A model generated the notes under the pieces. That model made no database searches. It was not told the DNA's origin and saw only the letters and a program-made list of their open reading frames with translations. This document shows, piece after piece, positions 17,069 to 26,736 of a stretch of DNA of 40,000 nucleotides (within the stretch, counting starts at the first letter, position 1; each line of letters begins with the position of its first letter). Origin of the DNA: Bacteroides sedimenti. Lineage in GTDB: Bacteria > Bacteroidota > Bacteroidia > Bacteroidales > Bacteroidaceae. Location of the stretch: positions 1,059,074-1,099,073 of the forward strand of contig NZ_AP028055.1 in assembly GCF_040365225.1 (NCBI RefSeq), written 5' to 3'. The position numbers and the translations under genes are program-made.

Positions 17069-19554
17069 TTATTCTGTGGTTTCATTGAGAAATCAATCGC
17101 ATCAGTCACTTTCTCGTCAGTTAAAGCCAAGGTAAATACCTCTTTAATATCACTTACATAGTGGAATGTCAGGCCTTTCAGATAAACTTCCTGAATTTCG
17201 TCAATGTTCTTTTTGTTTTCCTCACTTAAAATTATCTCCTTAATGCCTGCACGTTTTGCTGCAAGTATCTTTTCTTTGATACCACCAACAGGAAGAACTT
17301 TACCTCTTAATGTAATTTCTCCGGTCATAGCCAGATTCTTCTTTACTTTTCTTTGAGTGAGAGCAGAAGCCAGTGATGTAGCCATTGTGATACCAGCTGA
17401 TGGTCCGTCTTTCGGAATCGCTCCTTCGGGAACATGTATGTGTACATTCCAATTGTCAAAGATTTCTTCATCAATTGCAAGAACCGATGCGTGTGCACGA
17501 ATATATTCCAGTGCCAGCATAGCCGACTCTTTCATTACATCACCCAGATTTCCTGTCAGGGTAAGCTTGCCAGCTTTACCTTTGCTCAAGCTTGTTTCAA
17601 CGAATAAAATCTCACCGCCAACGGCAGTCCATGCAAGTCCGGTTACCACACCTGCGTATTCATTGCCTTGATACTTATCTTTAGAATATTCAGGAGCACC
17701 CAGAAAATCGTATAAATCAGCAGGTTTAATCTCTTTCTTCAGGAAATAACCATCCGTAGCAAACTGACGTGCTGACTTTCTAAGAATCTTTCCAATTTTC
17801 TTTTCAAGTTCACGAACACCGCTTTCACGGGTGTATGATTCAATAATGACCTCAAGAGTCTCTTTTGGAATTTTAATATCTGTTTTTGATATGCCAGTGG
17901 CTTCCATCTCTTTAGGGACAAGATGTCTTCGTGCAATTTCAATTTTCTCTTCAGTAATATATCCACTTACCTCAATCAGTTCCATACGATCCAGCAGTGG
18001 CTGAGGAATTGTATTCAGATTATTGGCTGTTGCGATAAACATAACTTTGGATAAGTCATAATCCACATCCAGATAGTTATCGTGGAAAGCGTTATTCTGT
18101 TCCGGATCAAGCACTTCAAGCAGAGCAGAAGATGGGTCTCCCTGACGATCTGCAGTAACCTTATCAATTTCGTCCAGAATGAAAACAGGATTAGATGACC
18201 CGGCTTTGATAAGTCCTTTAACTATCCGGCCTGGCATTGCACCAATATAAGTCTTCCGATGACCACGAATTTCAGCTTCATCATGTATACCTCCTAATGA
18301 CATGCGGATATATTTTCGTTTCAAAGCGGCAGCAATCGATTTACCTAAAGAGGTTTTACCGACTCCCGGAGGGCCGTAAAGACAAATAATAGGTGATTTT
18401 AAATCTCCTTTCAGTTTTAAAACTGCTAAATGTTCAAGAATACGTTCTTTCACCTTCTCAAGACCATAATGATCTTTATTCAAGGTTTTCTCAGCATTCT
18501 TTAGATTAAAGTTATCTGTTGTGTATACTTTCCATGGTAAACTAAGCATTGTTTGCAGATAATTCAACTGAACGCTATAATCAGGAGATTGCGGGTGAGT
18601 ACGTTCAAGTTTGGCTAATTCCTTTGCGAATATCTCGCCAACCTCATCAGGCCACTTCATATTTGCCCCTCTTTGACGAAGTTCTTCCACTTCTTGATCT
18701 TGCCCGGCTCCTAACTCATCCTGTATAGTCTTTATCTGTTGCTGTAGGAAATATTCTCTTTGCTGTTGATCGATATCTTCACGAGCTCGCATCTGGATGG
18801 ATGCTTTAATATCGGCGAGCTGTACTTCTCTGTTTAAGATTTCCAAAAGATGATATGCTCTGTCTTGTAATGAATCAAACAGCAGTAAATTCATCTTTTC
18901 GTCCTTCTTTAAGGGCAGATTAGTGCAAATAAAATTAATCAGAAACATCTTATTGCTAATATTTTTAATAGCAAATGCAGAATCCTGATGCAATGTATCG
19001 GACGATTTAATATATCTGATTGTTAAATCCTTGCAAGCGTCAACTAAAGCATCAAATTCTTTATTGTCTTTTGCTGGCATCAGATCGTCAATCAACTTAA
19101 CTTTTCCAAGCAAGTACGGATATGTTTCAGTCAGAGATTCCAATTCAAGCCGTTTCATTCCCTGAAGAATCACGGTTGTCGACTGATCTGGCATTTCCAG
19201 AATACGAACTATTTTGGCTATTGTGCCTACTGTGTGAAGGTCTTCAAAATCCGGACTTTCTGTTTCAGCAGCTTTCTGGCATACAACAGCAATATAGGCG
19301 TTGTTTTTATATGCGTCATTTACAAGTTTCAGAGAAGATTTTCTTCCTACAGAAATTGGCAATACAACACCAGGAAATAAAACCATATTGCGTAAAGGCA
19401 AGACAGGAAGGCTGTCATCCACTTTTATATCAAACATCTGTTCCTCATTACCTTCAAAATCAGCGATGAATGAGAATCCATTATCATTTGAGTCTTCCAT
19501 TTCTCTTGAGTATTTTTTTCTTATCATTTTACTTGTTATTGTGGGTTGTGTCAT
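17065..19554 (-). CDS. lon: ATP-dependent Lon protease (endopeptidase La)
   Basis: 829 aa. It has a Lon N-domain, Walker [10 protein letters not shown], Walker B FILDEIDK, and the protease motif [15 protein letters not shown]. Confidence 0.97.
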   Translation of the reverse strand: MTQPTITSKMIRKKYSREMEDSNDNGFSFIADFEGNEEQMFDIKVDDSLPVLPLRNMVLFPGVVLPISVGRKSSLKLVNDAYKNNAYIAVVCQKAAETESPDFEDLHTVGTIAKIVRILEMPDQSTTVILQGMKRLELESLTETYPYLLGKVKLIDDLMPAKDNKEFDALVDACKDLTIRYIKSSDTLHQDSAFAIKNISNKMFLINFICTNLPLKKDEKMNLLLFDSLQDRAYHLLEILNREVQLADIKASIQMRAREDIDQQQREYFLQQQIKTIQDELGAGQDQEVEELRQRGANMKWPDEVGEIFAKELAKLERTHPQSPDYSVQLNYLQTMLSLPWKVYTTDNFNLKNAEKTLNKDHYGLEKVKERILEHLAVLKLKGDLKSPIICLYGPPGVGKTSLGKSIAAALKRKYIRMSLGGIHDEAEIRGHRKTYIGAMPGRIVKGLIKAGSSNPVFILDEIDKVTADRQGDPSSALLEVLDPEQNNAFHDNYLDVDYDLSKVMFIATANNLNTIPQPLLDRMELIEVSGYITEEKIEIARRHLVPKEMEATGISKTDIKIPKETLEVIIESYTRESGVRELEKKIGKILRKSARQFATDGYFLKKEIKPADLYDFLGAPEYSKDKYQGNEYAGVVTGLAWTAVGGEILFVETSLSKGKAGKLTLTGNLGDVMKESAMLALEYIRAHASVLAIDEEIFDNWNVHIHVPEGAIPKDGPSAGITMATSLASALTQRKVKKNLAMTGEITLRGKVLPVGGIKEKILAAKRAGIKEIILSEENKKNIDEIQEVYLKGLTFHYVSDIKEVFTLALTDEKVTDAIDFSMKPQNK

Positions 19555-19574
19555 AAGACCGTTAAAACCGAGTG

Positions 19575-19582
19575 CAAAGGTA
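19575..19582 (-). promoter_or_regulatory. Bacteroides-type -7 box (TACCTTTG on minus strand) for the lon-tgt-lptF/G operon
   Basis: Matches TAnnTTTG, 20 nt upstream of the lon ATG at 19554. Confidence 0.5.
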
Positions 19583-19678
19583 ATCTATTCTTTATTAAAA
19601 ATAAAGCTCCCATGAAAGAAAAGAACAGTTTAAACGCTAATTAATATTCTAAATAAAGCAAAAACGATTTAAAATATT

Positions 19679-19686
19679 TATTTTTG
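19679..19686 (+). promoter_or_regulatory. Bacteroides-type -7 box (TATTTTTG) for the methyltransferase gene
   Basis: Matches TAnnTTTG, only 11 nt upstream of the ATG at 19698. This implies a very short leader. Confidence 0.4.
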
Positions 19687-19697
19687 CAAGATTTTAA

Positions 19698-20414
19698 ATG
19701 TTTCCAATGCCCAATTCATATTTTCAATTTAAACAATTTACTGTATGGCATGATAAATGTGCCATGAAAGTCGGAACCGATGGCGTCTTATTAGGCGCAT
19801 GGACTGACGTGTCAGATGCAACTTCAGTTTTAGATATTGGAACAGGTACAGGTTTAGTTGCATTAATGATTGCCCAACGTTGCTCGGCCGAGATTATAGC
19901 TATTGAGATTGATGAAAATGCAGCTGGACAAGCAGTAGAAAATGTAAAGCGTACTCCGTGGAATAATCGCATAAGTGTTGAAAATAAAGACTTTAAAGAT
20001 TTTAATTATTCAGAACAATTTGATAGAATAGTGTCCAATCCGCCCTATTTTACAGATTCTCTCTTGTCGCCCAATGAAAAAAGGACAATGGCTCGTCACA
20101 CAAATGAACTCACATTTACTGAATTGATTGAAGGTGCTGCCAAACTTCTTGCTCCAGATGGTGAATTTTCATTGATTATTCCCAATGATGCACTATTTAA
20201 AATAACTGAAATTGCATCCAGAGTCGGATTGTATCCCGTCAGACAAACAAATGTTATTCCAAAGCCAGGAAGTCCTCCCAAACGGGCATTAATATCGTTT
20301 TCATTCAATAAAAATAAGAATCTGGAAACTGAAGAACTGGTGGTAGAATTAGCTCGTCATCAGTACAGTCCTGAATATATCTCTCTGACGAAAGAATTCT
20401 ATTTAAAAATGTAA
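19698..20414 (+). CDS. yfiC: tRNA1(Val) (adenine37-N6)-methyltransferase (YfiC/TrmN6-like)
   Basis: 238 aa. The start FQFKQFTVWHDKCAMKVGTDGVLLGAW is typical of the family. The SAM motif LDIGTGTGL and the N6-MTase motif NPPYF are present. Confidence 0.85.
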   Translation: MFPMPNSYFQFKQFTVWHDKCAMKVGTDGVLLGAWTDVSDATSVLDIGTGTGLVALMIAQRCSAEIIAIEIDENAAGQAVENVKRTPWNNRISVENKDFKDFNYSEQFDRIVSNPPYFTDSLLSPNEKRTMARHTNELTFTELIEGAAKLLAPDGEFSLIIPNDALFKITEIASRVGLYPVRQTNVIPKPGSPPKRALISFSFNKNKNLETEELVVELARHQYSPEYISLTKEFYLKM

Positions 20415-20444
20415 TTTATCTGAATGTTAATCTGGTTATTGCAT

Positions 20445-21482
20445 CTATTTTTTTGTTAATTTTCGAATAATCTCCTGTTTTTTCTCAAGTAACTGTTTGT
20501 TCATTAATGCAATATCTTCCAATAAGTTTTCTCCTCTAGGCACCAGTTTGCCAAAGTATTCGGATGCTTTCTGTAGCACATTCAATTCTTTATAATCGTT
20601 ATTTGGAGTGATAACATGTAGACCTTTTTCAATAATTTCGACGTTTATTTCTTTATCCATTATTATAGGGTCTCCGTCAAAATGAACCACCCCCGAATTC
20701 GTTCTATGAATTTTAATCTTTTTACTTTTGAATGTTTTTATACGAGAATTCTGATCAAGAGTTTTATTGAATAGCTGAAATGCAAGTGATGGAACGTCTA
20801 AGACAGTAAAAGGCTCTAGTATAGTTACATTCATTAGGCCATCTTCCAGCGAAGCTTGTGGGGCAATGTAAGCATTGTTTCCATATTGTGATGCATTACC
20901 GCAAGCGATTAAAAAAGCTTTGTAGTTTGTCTTTTCATCTTCACTTTCTACTTCGTAAGTTTCTGGCTTGTACTTAAGAGTTTCATGAAGTGTTTTTTCA
21001 AGATAAGTAAGAATTCCTCTTCTTCCTGCAGCAGCAAATTTCAGACTAACAAATGCATCAAAACCAACCCCGCAAGTACAAAAGAAAGGAATTTCATTAA
21101 TTTTGCCATAATCAATGGCAGATATTAAACCTTGATTAATAATATCAATAGCCTTTCGGGAATCCATTGGAATGTGTAAATGACGTGCCAAGCCATTTCC
21201 CGATCCACATGGAATTATTCCCAGTGCAGTATCAGTATGAATTAAAGAACGTGCTATCTCATTGATAGTCCCATCTCCACCAATAGCAGTTACACAATAC
21301 ACCTTTTCTGAAGCGGCCTGCGCTGCAATTTCAACTGCATGGCCGGCTCTCTCGGTATATTTGATTTCAATGTCATATTTATTTTTATCAATCCTCTCAC
21401 TCAATTGATTCAATATGATTTTTTTATTCTGGGTACCTGAGATTGGATTTACAATAAACAGAATTTTCTTCTTTTCATTCAT
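20445..21482 (-). CDS. Diacylglycerol-kinase-family lipid kinase (YegS/BmrU-like)
   Basis: 345 aa. DAGK catalytic-domain signatures are present: ILFIVNPISG and AIGGDGTINE. The substrate cannot be assigned from sequence. Confidence 0.85.
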   Translation of the reverse strand: MNEKKKILFIVNPISGTQNKKIILNQLSERIDKNKYDIEIKYTERAGHAVEIAAQAASEKVYCVTAIGGDGTINEIARSLIHTDTALGIIPCGSGNGLARHLHIPMDSRKAIDIINQGLISAIDYGKINEIPFFCTCGVGFDAFVSLKFAAAGRRGILTYLEKTLHETLKYKPETYEVESEDEKTNYKAFLIACGNASQYGNNAYIAPQASLEDGLMNVTILEPFTVLDVPSLAFQLFNKTLDQNSRIKTFKSKKIKIHRTNSGVVHFDGDPIIMDKEINVEIIEKGLHVITPNNDYKELNVLQKASEYFGKLVPRGENLLEDIALMNKQLLEKKQEIIRKLTKK

Positions 21483-21509
21483 ACGATCTTAGATAAAATA
21501 TTCATACGA

Positions 21510-21517
21510 CAAATGTA
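21510..21517 (-). promoter_or_regulatory. Bacteroides-type -7 box (TACATTTG on minus strand) for the lipid kinase gene
   Basis: Matches TAnnTTTG, 27 nt upstream of the ATG at 21482. Confidence 0.45.
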
Positions 21518-21612
21518 ATACATTTATCTTAATAAGGGCATGCTTTTTGATTGCTTTTAATTCTGAGGTTACTTTTTTTTATATAAACTGAACTTTAAAT
21601 CACATATTTTGC

Positions 21613-21620
21613 TATCTTTG
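21613..21620 (+). promoter_or_regulatory. Bacteroides-type -7 box (TATCTTTG) for spt
   Basis: Matches TAnnTTTG, 85 nt upstream of the ATG at 21706. Confidence 0.45.
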
Positions 21621-21705
21621 CGGTCGACTTTTTTCAGTTTGTAAGATAAAACACGAAATAAATTAATAATAATATTAATGTAGGAGAGACCTACAACGCT
21701 TTATT

Positions 21706-22893
21706 ATGGGATTATTACAAGATAAATTAGTGAAATATGATATACCTCAGCAGATAAAAGCTCAAGGTGTATATCCTTATTTCCGTTGTATCGAAAGTGA
21801 ACAAAACACTGAAGTGGTAATGAGTGGACGAAAAGTTCTAATGTTTGGATCAAATTCTTATTTAGGACTTACCAACCACCCAAAAGTTATTGAAGCAGCC
21901 GTAGAAGCTACTCGGAAGTATGGTACAGGATGCGCTGGCTCACGCTTTTTAAACGGGACGCTTGATCTCCATCTCGAATTAGAAAAAGAATTAGCCGAAT
22001 TTGTAGGTAAAGAAGATGCTATAATCTATTCTACCGGCTTTCAGGTTAATTTAGGTGTTGTTTCCTGTGTTACAGGTCGTGAAGATTACGTTATTTGCGA
22101 TGAACTGGATCATGCGTCAATTGTTGAAGGTAGACGTTTGTCTTTCTCTCAAACATTAAAGTTTAAGCATAACGATATGGCTTCTTTAGAGAAAGAACTC
22201 CAAAAGTGTAAGCCAGATAAAATTAAATTAATCGTTGTGGATGGCGTGTTCAGTATGGAAGGCGATGTTGCAAATCTCCCAGAGATTGTTCGTCTGGCTA
22301 AGAAGTACGATGCTAACATAATGGTCGATGAAGCACACGGGCTTGGAGTTCTGGGTGATCACGGTCGTGGTGTTTGCAATCATTTCGGTTTGACTAAAGA
22401 TGTAGACCTGATTATGGGTACTTTCAGTAAGTCGCTTGCTGCTATCGGTGGTTTTATTGCCGGAGACGAATGCATTATTAATTACCTGAGACACAATTCA
22501 CGCCCATATATCTTCAGCGCAAGTAATACTCCAGCTGCTACTGCTGCAGCACGTGCTGCGCTTCATATAATGAAGAATGAACCTGAACGTTTAGAGCATT
22601 TATGGGATATCACAAATTATTCATTAAAAAGATTCCGCGAGCTAGGTTTTGAAATAGGGCACACCTCTACTCCAATTATTCCTTTGTACGTTCGTGACAT
22701 GCAAAAGACATTCCTGGTTACGAAAATGTTATTTGATGAAGGTGTTTTTGTTAATCCGGTAATTCCGCCAGCATGTTCACCAGAAGATACTTTGATACGC
22801 TTCTCTTTGATGGCAACTCATTCAAAAGAGCAGATTGATATTGCTGTAGAAAAACTGGAAAAATGCTTTAGAAAGCTTGAAATTATTAAATAA
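21706..22893 (+). CDS. spt: Serine palmitoyltransferase (alpha-oxoamine synthase family, PLP-dependent)
   Basis: 395 aa. The PLP-lysine motif GTFSKSLA is present. MGLLQDKL..GVYPYFR..LMFGSNSYLGL and DGVFSMEGD..ANLPEIVRL closely resemble the Bacteroides/Porphyromonas SPT as I recall it. The KBL/BioF alternative cannot be fully excluded without a search. Confidence 0.8.
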   Translation: MGLLQDKLVKYDIPQQIKAQGVYPYFRCIESEQNTEVVMSGRKVLMFGSNSYLGLTNHPKVIEAAVEATRKYGTGCAGSRFLNGTLDLHLELEKELAEFVGKEDAIIYSTGFQVNLGVVSCVTGREDYVICDELDHASIVEGRRLSFSQTLKFKHNDMASLEKELQKCKPDKIKLIVVDGVFSMEGDVANLPEIVRLAKKYDANIMVDEAHGLGVLGDHGRGVCNHFGLTKDVDLIMGTFSKSLAAIGGFIAGDECIINYLRHNSRPYIFSASNTPAATAAARAALHIMKNEPERLEHLWDITNYSLKRFRELGFEIGHTSTPIIPLYVRDMQKTFLVTKMLFDEGVFVNPVIPPACSPEDTLIRFSLMATHSKEQIDIAVEKLEKCFRKLEIIK

Positions 22894-22916
22894 TTAAGAT
22901 ATACTCAAGATTATTC

Positions 22917-22959
22917 AAGCGCCATTTTCTTTTAAATAAGAAGATGGCGCTTATTTTTT
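22917..22959 (+). terminator. Rho-independent terminator after spt
   Basis: 13-bp stem AAGCGCCATTTTC / GAAGATGGCGCTT with one mismatch, followed by a T-run (22954-22959). Confidence 0.7.
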
Positions 22960-23059
22960 ATATGCGTCGATATTTCTGCTAATCAGGAAGATATGTCCAA
23001 CCTCAAAATAAATTATAAAAAAGATAGCTTAAATGCTTGCATAATTCATCTAAAGCCTC

Positions 23060-23067
23060 TATCTTTG
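23060..23067 (+). promoter_or_regulatory. Bacteroides-type -7 box (TATCTTTG) for tRNA-Pro copy 1
   Basis: Matches TAnnTTTG, 35 nt upstream of the mature tRNA 5' end. Confidence 0.55.
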
Positions 23068-23102
23068 CATCGCTTTTGAAAAGGAATACTTACAGAAGTT
23101 AT

Positions 23103-23177
23103 CGGGGTGTAGCGCAGTCCGGTTAGCGCACCTGCTTTGGGAGCAGGGGGTCGTGGGTTCGAATCCCGCTACCCCGA
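23103..23177 (+). tRNA. tRNA-Pro (anticodon UGG), copy 1
   Basis: Hand-folded cloverleaf. Acceptor CGGGGTG/TACCCCG, D arm GCGC-AGTCCGGTTA-GCGC, anticodon arm CCTGC-TTTGGGA-GCAGG, T arm GTGGG-TTCGAAT-CCCGC, discriminator A. No encoded CCA. Confidence 0.92.
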
Positions 23178-23186
23178 CAAGAAAAA

Positions 23187-23218
23187 GCCACAGTTCAGAA
23201 ATGAATTGTGGCTTTTTT
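23187..23218 (+). terminator. Rho-independent terminator after tRNA-Pro copy 1
   Basis: 10-bp stem GCCACAGTTC / GAATTGTGGC with one G-T pair, a 6-nt loop, then TTTTTT. Confidence 0.7.
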
Positions 23219-23563
23219 CATTTCAGATAGGCTAAGGTATAAAAGGTCGCTAAAAAAGGATCATATCAAAATTCAGAAAGATTGTCTTCATAAATAAAAT
23301 TAAAGCCAGCCTTAACAGTAAAAGGCGTATTTTATACCATCAGGAAAGTTCATCCATCTGATATCTTTTTCAATATGTGATTGACATTTCATAATGCCCT
23401 GTAGCCTTTATTTGAAATATTTACAAAGCCAGACTTCTTTGACTGGAAAATCTCAAAAAAATATTTTGAATTAACTGCAAGATAATCAGCACTCACCGGG
23501 TTAATCGTCTGTTTTTATTGAAAGGAATATGCAGAAACGCTTGCATATATCATTAATAGTACC

Positions 23564-23571
23564 TATCTTTG
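23564..23571 (+). promoter_or_regulatory. Bacteroides-type -7 box (TATCTTTG) for tRNA-Pro copy 2
   Basis: Same box at the same 35-nt distance as copy 1. Confidence 0.55.
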
Positions 23572-23606
23572 CATCGCTTTTGAAAAGGAACACTTACAAA
23601 AGTCTT

Positions 23607-23681
23607 CGGGGTGTAGCGCAGTCCGGTTAGCGCACCTGCTTTGGGAGCAGGGGGTCGTGGGTTCGAATCCCGCTACCCCGA
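23607..23681 (+). tRNA. tRNA-Pro (anticodon UGG), copy 2
   Basis: 75/75 identical to copy 1. Confidence 0.92.
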
Positions 23682-23706
23682 CTAAAAATAAAGTCGACAA
23701 ATTGAA

Positions 23707-23737
23707 AGGCTGATACTATTAGGTATCGGCCTTTTTT
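23707..23737 (+). terminator. Rho-independent terminator after tRNA-Pro copy 2
   Basis: 10-bp stem AGGCTGATAC / GTATCGGCCT with one G-T pair, a 6-nt loop, then TTTTTT. The sequence is unrelated to the copy 1 terminator. Confidence 0.7.
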
Positions 23738-23823
23738 GTTGAATATAACTTCGGCAAAAACAAATTCACGTCAAGAAGAGTTATTCTTATTGAAGACAAT
23801 CCTAAAACTGGCTGAATTATTAA

Positions 23824-23831
23824 TAACTTTG
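23824..23831 (+). promoter_or_regulatory. Bacteroides-type -7 box (TAACTTTG) for queD-queE
   Basis: Matches TAnnTTTG, 49 nt upstream of the ATG at 23881. Confidence 0.45.
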
Positions 23832-23880
23832 CCATATATATGGGTACTATCTATCTCGTGTAACTATTAATATTGAGTTT

Positions 23881-24216
23881 ATGTATATAGTAAGAAAGAA
23901 AATGGAGATATCGGCTTCACACAGCCTGAAACTATCATATTCCAGTAAATGTGAGAATCTGCATGGACACAACTGGAACATTTACATCTGGTGCAAGTCC
24001 GAAGAGTTGAATGAAGATGGCATGGTTATCGATTTCTCTCATATCAAGGAGAAAATCCAGTCGAAACTCGACCATAAGAACCTGAATGATGTACTGCCAT
24101 TTAATACAACAGCCGAAAATATGGCTAAATGGATTTGCGATCAGATACCTCACTGTTTTAAGGTGATGGTGCAGGAATCTGAAAATAACATTGCGTGGTA
24201 TGAGAAAAGTGAATGA
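23881..24216 (+). CDS. queD: 6-carboxy-5,6,7,8-tetrahydropterin synthase
   Basis: 111 aa. The PTPS-family motif CENLHGHNW is present. It sits immediately upstream of queE. An alternative ATG at 23902 is possible. Confidence 0.88.
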   Translation: MYIVRKKMEISASHSLKLSYSSKCENLHGHNWNIYIWCKSEELNEDGMVIDFSHIKEKIQSKLDHKNLNDVLPFNTTAENMAKWICDQIPHCFKVMVQESENNIAWYEKSE

Positions 24217-24745
24217 GATTTTCTACAGCATTCAAGGCGAAGGGTACTTCACCGGAACCCCGGCTGTGTTTATTCGCTTCTCGGGCTGTAATCTGGATTG
24301 CGATTTCTGCGATACTGAACATCAGTCGGGCGTGATGATGAGCGACAAAGAGATCATCAACGAAATAATTCAATATCCCGCCAGACATGTAGTCCTTACG
24401 GGCGGCGAGCCAAGCTTGCACATCTCGCATGAATTTGTCGACAGGTTAAAGAAAAACGGTTTTTTCGTGCAGATAGAAACGAATGGAACAAGAGAACTTC
24501 CTGCAAATATAGACTGGATCACCTGTTCGCCCAAAGCAGGAGGGGAGACAGTTATCCTTAATCCTCACGAATTGAAGGTGGTATTTACCGGGCAGGAGAT
24601 GTCTCAATACGATTGTTTCAATGCACAAGTGTTCTGCCTTCAGCCATGTTCAGGGAAAAACACAGAAAAAGTAATTGAATACATATTGGCACATCCAAAA
24701 TGGAGACTGAGTCTTCAGACTCATAAATTGTTAAACGTACGATAG
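24200..24745 (+). CDS. queE: 7-carboxy-7-deazaguanine synthase (radical SAM, short form)
   Basis: EIFYSIQGEG plus the CNLDCDFCDT (Cx3Cx2C) cluster motif. The ORF-track start at 24191 is a TTG. I use the ATG at 24200, which overlaps the queD 3' end by 17 nt. Confidence 0.88.
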   Translation: MRKVNEIFYSIQGEGYFTGTPAVFIRFSGCNLDCDFCDTEHQSGVMMSDKEIINEIIQYPARHVVLTGGEPSLHISHEFVDRLKKNGFFVQIETNGTRELPANIDWITCSPKAGGETVILNPHELKVVFTGQEMSQYDCFNAQVFCLQPCSGKNTEKVIEYILAHPKWRLSLQTHKLLNVR

Positions 24746-24817
24746 TTTATCTGCATAGATTCCCTTTTTATCGCTAATATAATTATCACGAGAGGTCGAT
24801 AAATTGAGAATTTTATA

Positions 24818-24825
24818 TAATTTTG
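24818..24825 (+). promoter_or_regulatory. Bacteroides-type -7 box (TAATTTTG) for aspS
   Basis: Matches TAnnTTTG, 50 nt upstream of the ATG at 24876. Confidence 0.45.
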
Positions 24826-24875
24826 CATGCTATATACAAAATATAAAGAATCGAAAACTCAAAGTATAAAAGAAT

Positions 24876-26633
24876 ATGTATAGAACGCATACATGTGGAG
24901 AGCTTCGGATCTCCGACGTAAAGAAAGTAGTTACACTTTCGGGATGGGTACAGCGTAGCAGAAAGATGGGAGGAATGACATTTGTCGACCTTCGCGATCG
25001 TTACGGAATCACTCAGCTTGTTTTTAATGAAGCTGTTAATGCTGAACTTTGTGAGGCTGCAAATAAACTGGGACGCGAATTTGTGTTGCAGGTAAAAGGA
25101 GAAGTTAATGAGCGTTCCAATAAGAATGCAAATCTTCCAACCGGAGATATCGAACTGATTGTTACAGAACTGAATGTTCTTAACTCTGCTGCAACTCCTC
25201 CATTCACCATTGAAGACAACTCTGACGGTGGGGATGATATCCGAATGAAATATCGCTATCTCGACCTTCGTCGTAATAATGTAAGATCTAACCTGGAGCT
25301 TCGTCACAAGATGACAATTGAAGTTCGCAGCTATCTTGATAAACTTGGATTCCTCGAAGTAGAAACACCAATTCTTATTGGCTCTACCCCTGAAGGAGCG
25401 CGCGACTTCGTTGTGCCTTCACGCATGAACCCGGGACAATTCTATGCACTGCCTCAGTCACCACAGCTATTCAAACAGCTTTTGATGGTTTCCGGCTTTG
25501 ATCGTTACTTCCAGATTGCAAAATGTTTCCGTGACGAAGACCTTCGTGCCGACCGTCAGCCCGAATTTACACAGATTGACTGTGAAATGAGTTTCGTAGA
25601 GCAGGAAGATGTTATCTCTACATTCGAAGGAATGGCAAAACATCTTTTCAAAACAATCCGCGGTGTTGAGATTACTGAGAAATTTCCTCGCATGCCATGG
25701 AGCGAAGCTATGAAGCTGTACGGAAGCGACAAACCGGATATCCGTTTCGGAATGCAGTTTGTTGAGCTGATGGACATCCTGAAAGGTAAAGGTTTTCCTG
25801 TGTTTGATAGCGCTGCCTACATCGGCGGTATCTGTGCCGAAGGTGCTGCTTCGTATACACGCAAGCAACTGGATGCCCTGACAGACTTCGTTAAACGGCC
25901 GCAGATTGGTGCAAAAGGTATGGTTTATGCTCGTGTGGAAGCTGACGGAAACGTGAAATCAAGCGTAGATAAGTTCTATACACAAGAAACATTGCAGGAA
26001 CTGAAGGCTGCATTTGGTGCGAAGCCTGGTGACCTGATCCTAATCCTTTCGGGCGATGATGCAATGAAGACACGCAAACAGCTTTGCGAACTTCGTCTGG
26101 AAATGGGTAGCCAATTAGGTCTGAGAGATAAAAATACATTCGCTTGCTTATGGGTAGTAGACTTCCCATTGTTTGAGTGGGATGAAGAAACTCAACGTTA
26201 TATGGCAATGCACCATCCGTTCACCTCTCCTAAACCTGAAGATATTTCTCTTTTGGACACTAATCCGGGAGAAGTTCGTGCTAATGCATACGACATGGTA
26301 ATCAATGGGGTTGAAGTTGGTGGCGGTTCTATCCGTATTCACGACAGCGCCTTACAGAATAAGATGTTTAAGTTGCTTGGATTTACAGAAGAAAAGGCAC
26401 AAGAGCAGTTTGGCTTCCTGATGGATGCATTCAAATTCGGTGCTCCTCCTCACGGTGGATTGGCTTACGGGCTCGATCGTTGGGTATCTCTTTTCGCCGG
26501 ACTGGATTCTATCCGCGACTGTATCGCATTCCCTAAAAATAACTCAGGCCGTGATGTTATGATTGATGCTCCGGGTTACTTGGAACAGTCTCAGCTGGAT
26601 GAGCTGAACCTGGTTATCGACATCAAGGAATAA
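24876..26633 (+). CDS. aspS: Aspartate--tRNA ligase
   Basis: 585 aa. It has an N-terminal OB anticodon-binding domain, class II motifs ([16 protein letters not shown]; GGGSIRIH; GLDRW) and a GAD insertion. Confidence 0.97.
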   Translation: MYRTHTCGELRISDVKKVVTLSGWVQRSRKMGGMTFVDLRDRYGITQLVFNEAVNAELCEAANKLGREFVLQVKGEVNERSNKNANLPTGDIELIVTELNVLNSAATPPFTIEDNSDGGDDIRMKYRYLDLRRNNVRSNLELRHKMTIEVRSYLDKLGFLEVETPILIGSTPEGARDFVVPSRMNPGQFYALPQSPQLFKQLLMVSGFDRYFQIAKCFRDEDLRADRQPEFTQIDCEMSFVEQEDVISTFEGMAKHLFKTIRGVEITEKFPRMPWSEAMKLYGSDKPDIRFGMQFVELMDILKGKGFPVFDSAAYIGGICAEGAASYTRKQLDALTDFVKRPQIGAKGMVYARVEADGNVKSSVDKFYTQETLQELKAAFGAKPGDLILILSGDDAMKTRKQLCELRLEMGSQLGLRDKNTFACLWVVDFPLFEWDEETQRYMAMHHPFTSPKPEDISLLDTNPGEVRANAYDMVINGVEVGGGSIRIHDSALQNKMFKLLGFTEEKAQEQFGFLMDAFKFGAPPHGGLAYGLDRWVSLFAGLDSIRDCIAFPKNNSGRDVMIDAPGYLEQSQLDELNLVIDIKE

Positions 26634-26670
26634 GCTGTCCGTTTCATCAGCAATTAAGATAGAAATAGAT

Positions 26671-26718
26671 AAAAAAAAGAATCTCAGCAAACATTTTTGC
26701 TGAGATTCTTTTTTTTTA
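26671..26718. terminator. Bidirectional rho-independent terminator between aspS and aguB
   Basis: 14-bp stem AGAATCTCAGCAAA / TTTGCTGAGATTCT with a 4-nt loop. An A8 run lies on the left and a T9 run on the right. Confidence 0.8.
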
Positions 26719-26736
26719 TAACCTATTGACGGGACT

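Larger units (their letters stand above)
23035..23681 (+). repeat. Tandem duplication of a promoter + leader + tRNA-Pro unit (about 143 bp, period 504 bp)
   Basis: 23035-23177 and 23539-23681 align. The tRNA bodies are identical. From the -7 box to the tRNA 5' end the copies differ at 4 positions. Similarity decays upstream of the -7 box. The 429-bp spacer is unique and ORF-free. Confidence 0.85.

Noticed and set aside
12285-19615. Antisense ORFs within the helicase, serB, lptF/G, tgt and lon genes (for example 12285-12617, 13089-13421, 17357-17671, 19122-19469, 19301-19615)
   Set aside because: Same reasoning. They overlap well-supported genes on the opposite strand and carry no independent signals.
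23682-23880. Possible preQ1 riboswitch upstream of queD-queE
   Set aside because: I could not find the compact preQ1 aptamer hairpin with its conserved loop and A-rich tail. The region is adequately explained by a -7 box and a plain leader. This remains unverified without a covariance-model scan.
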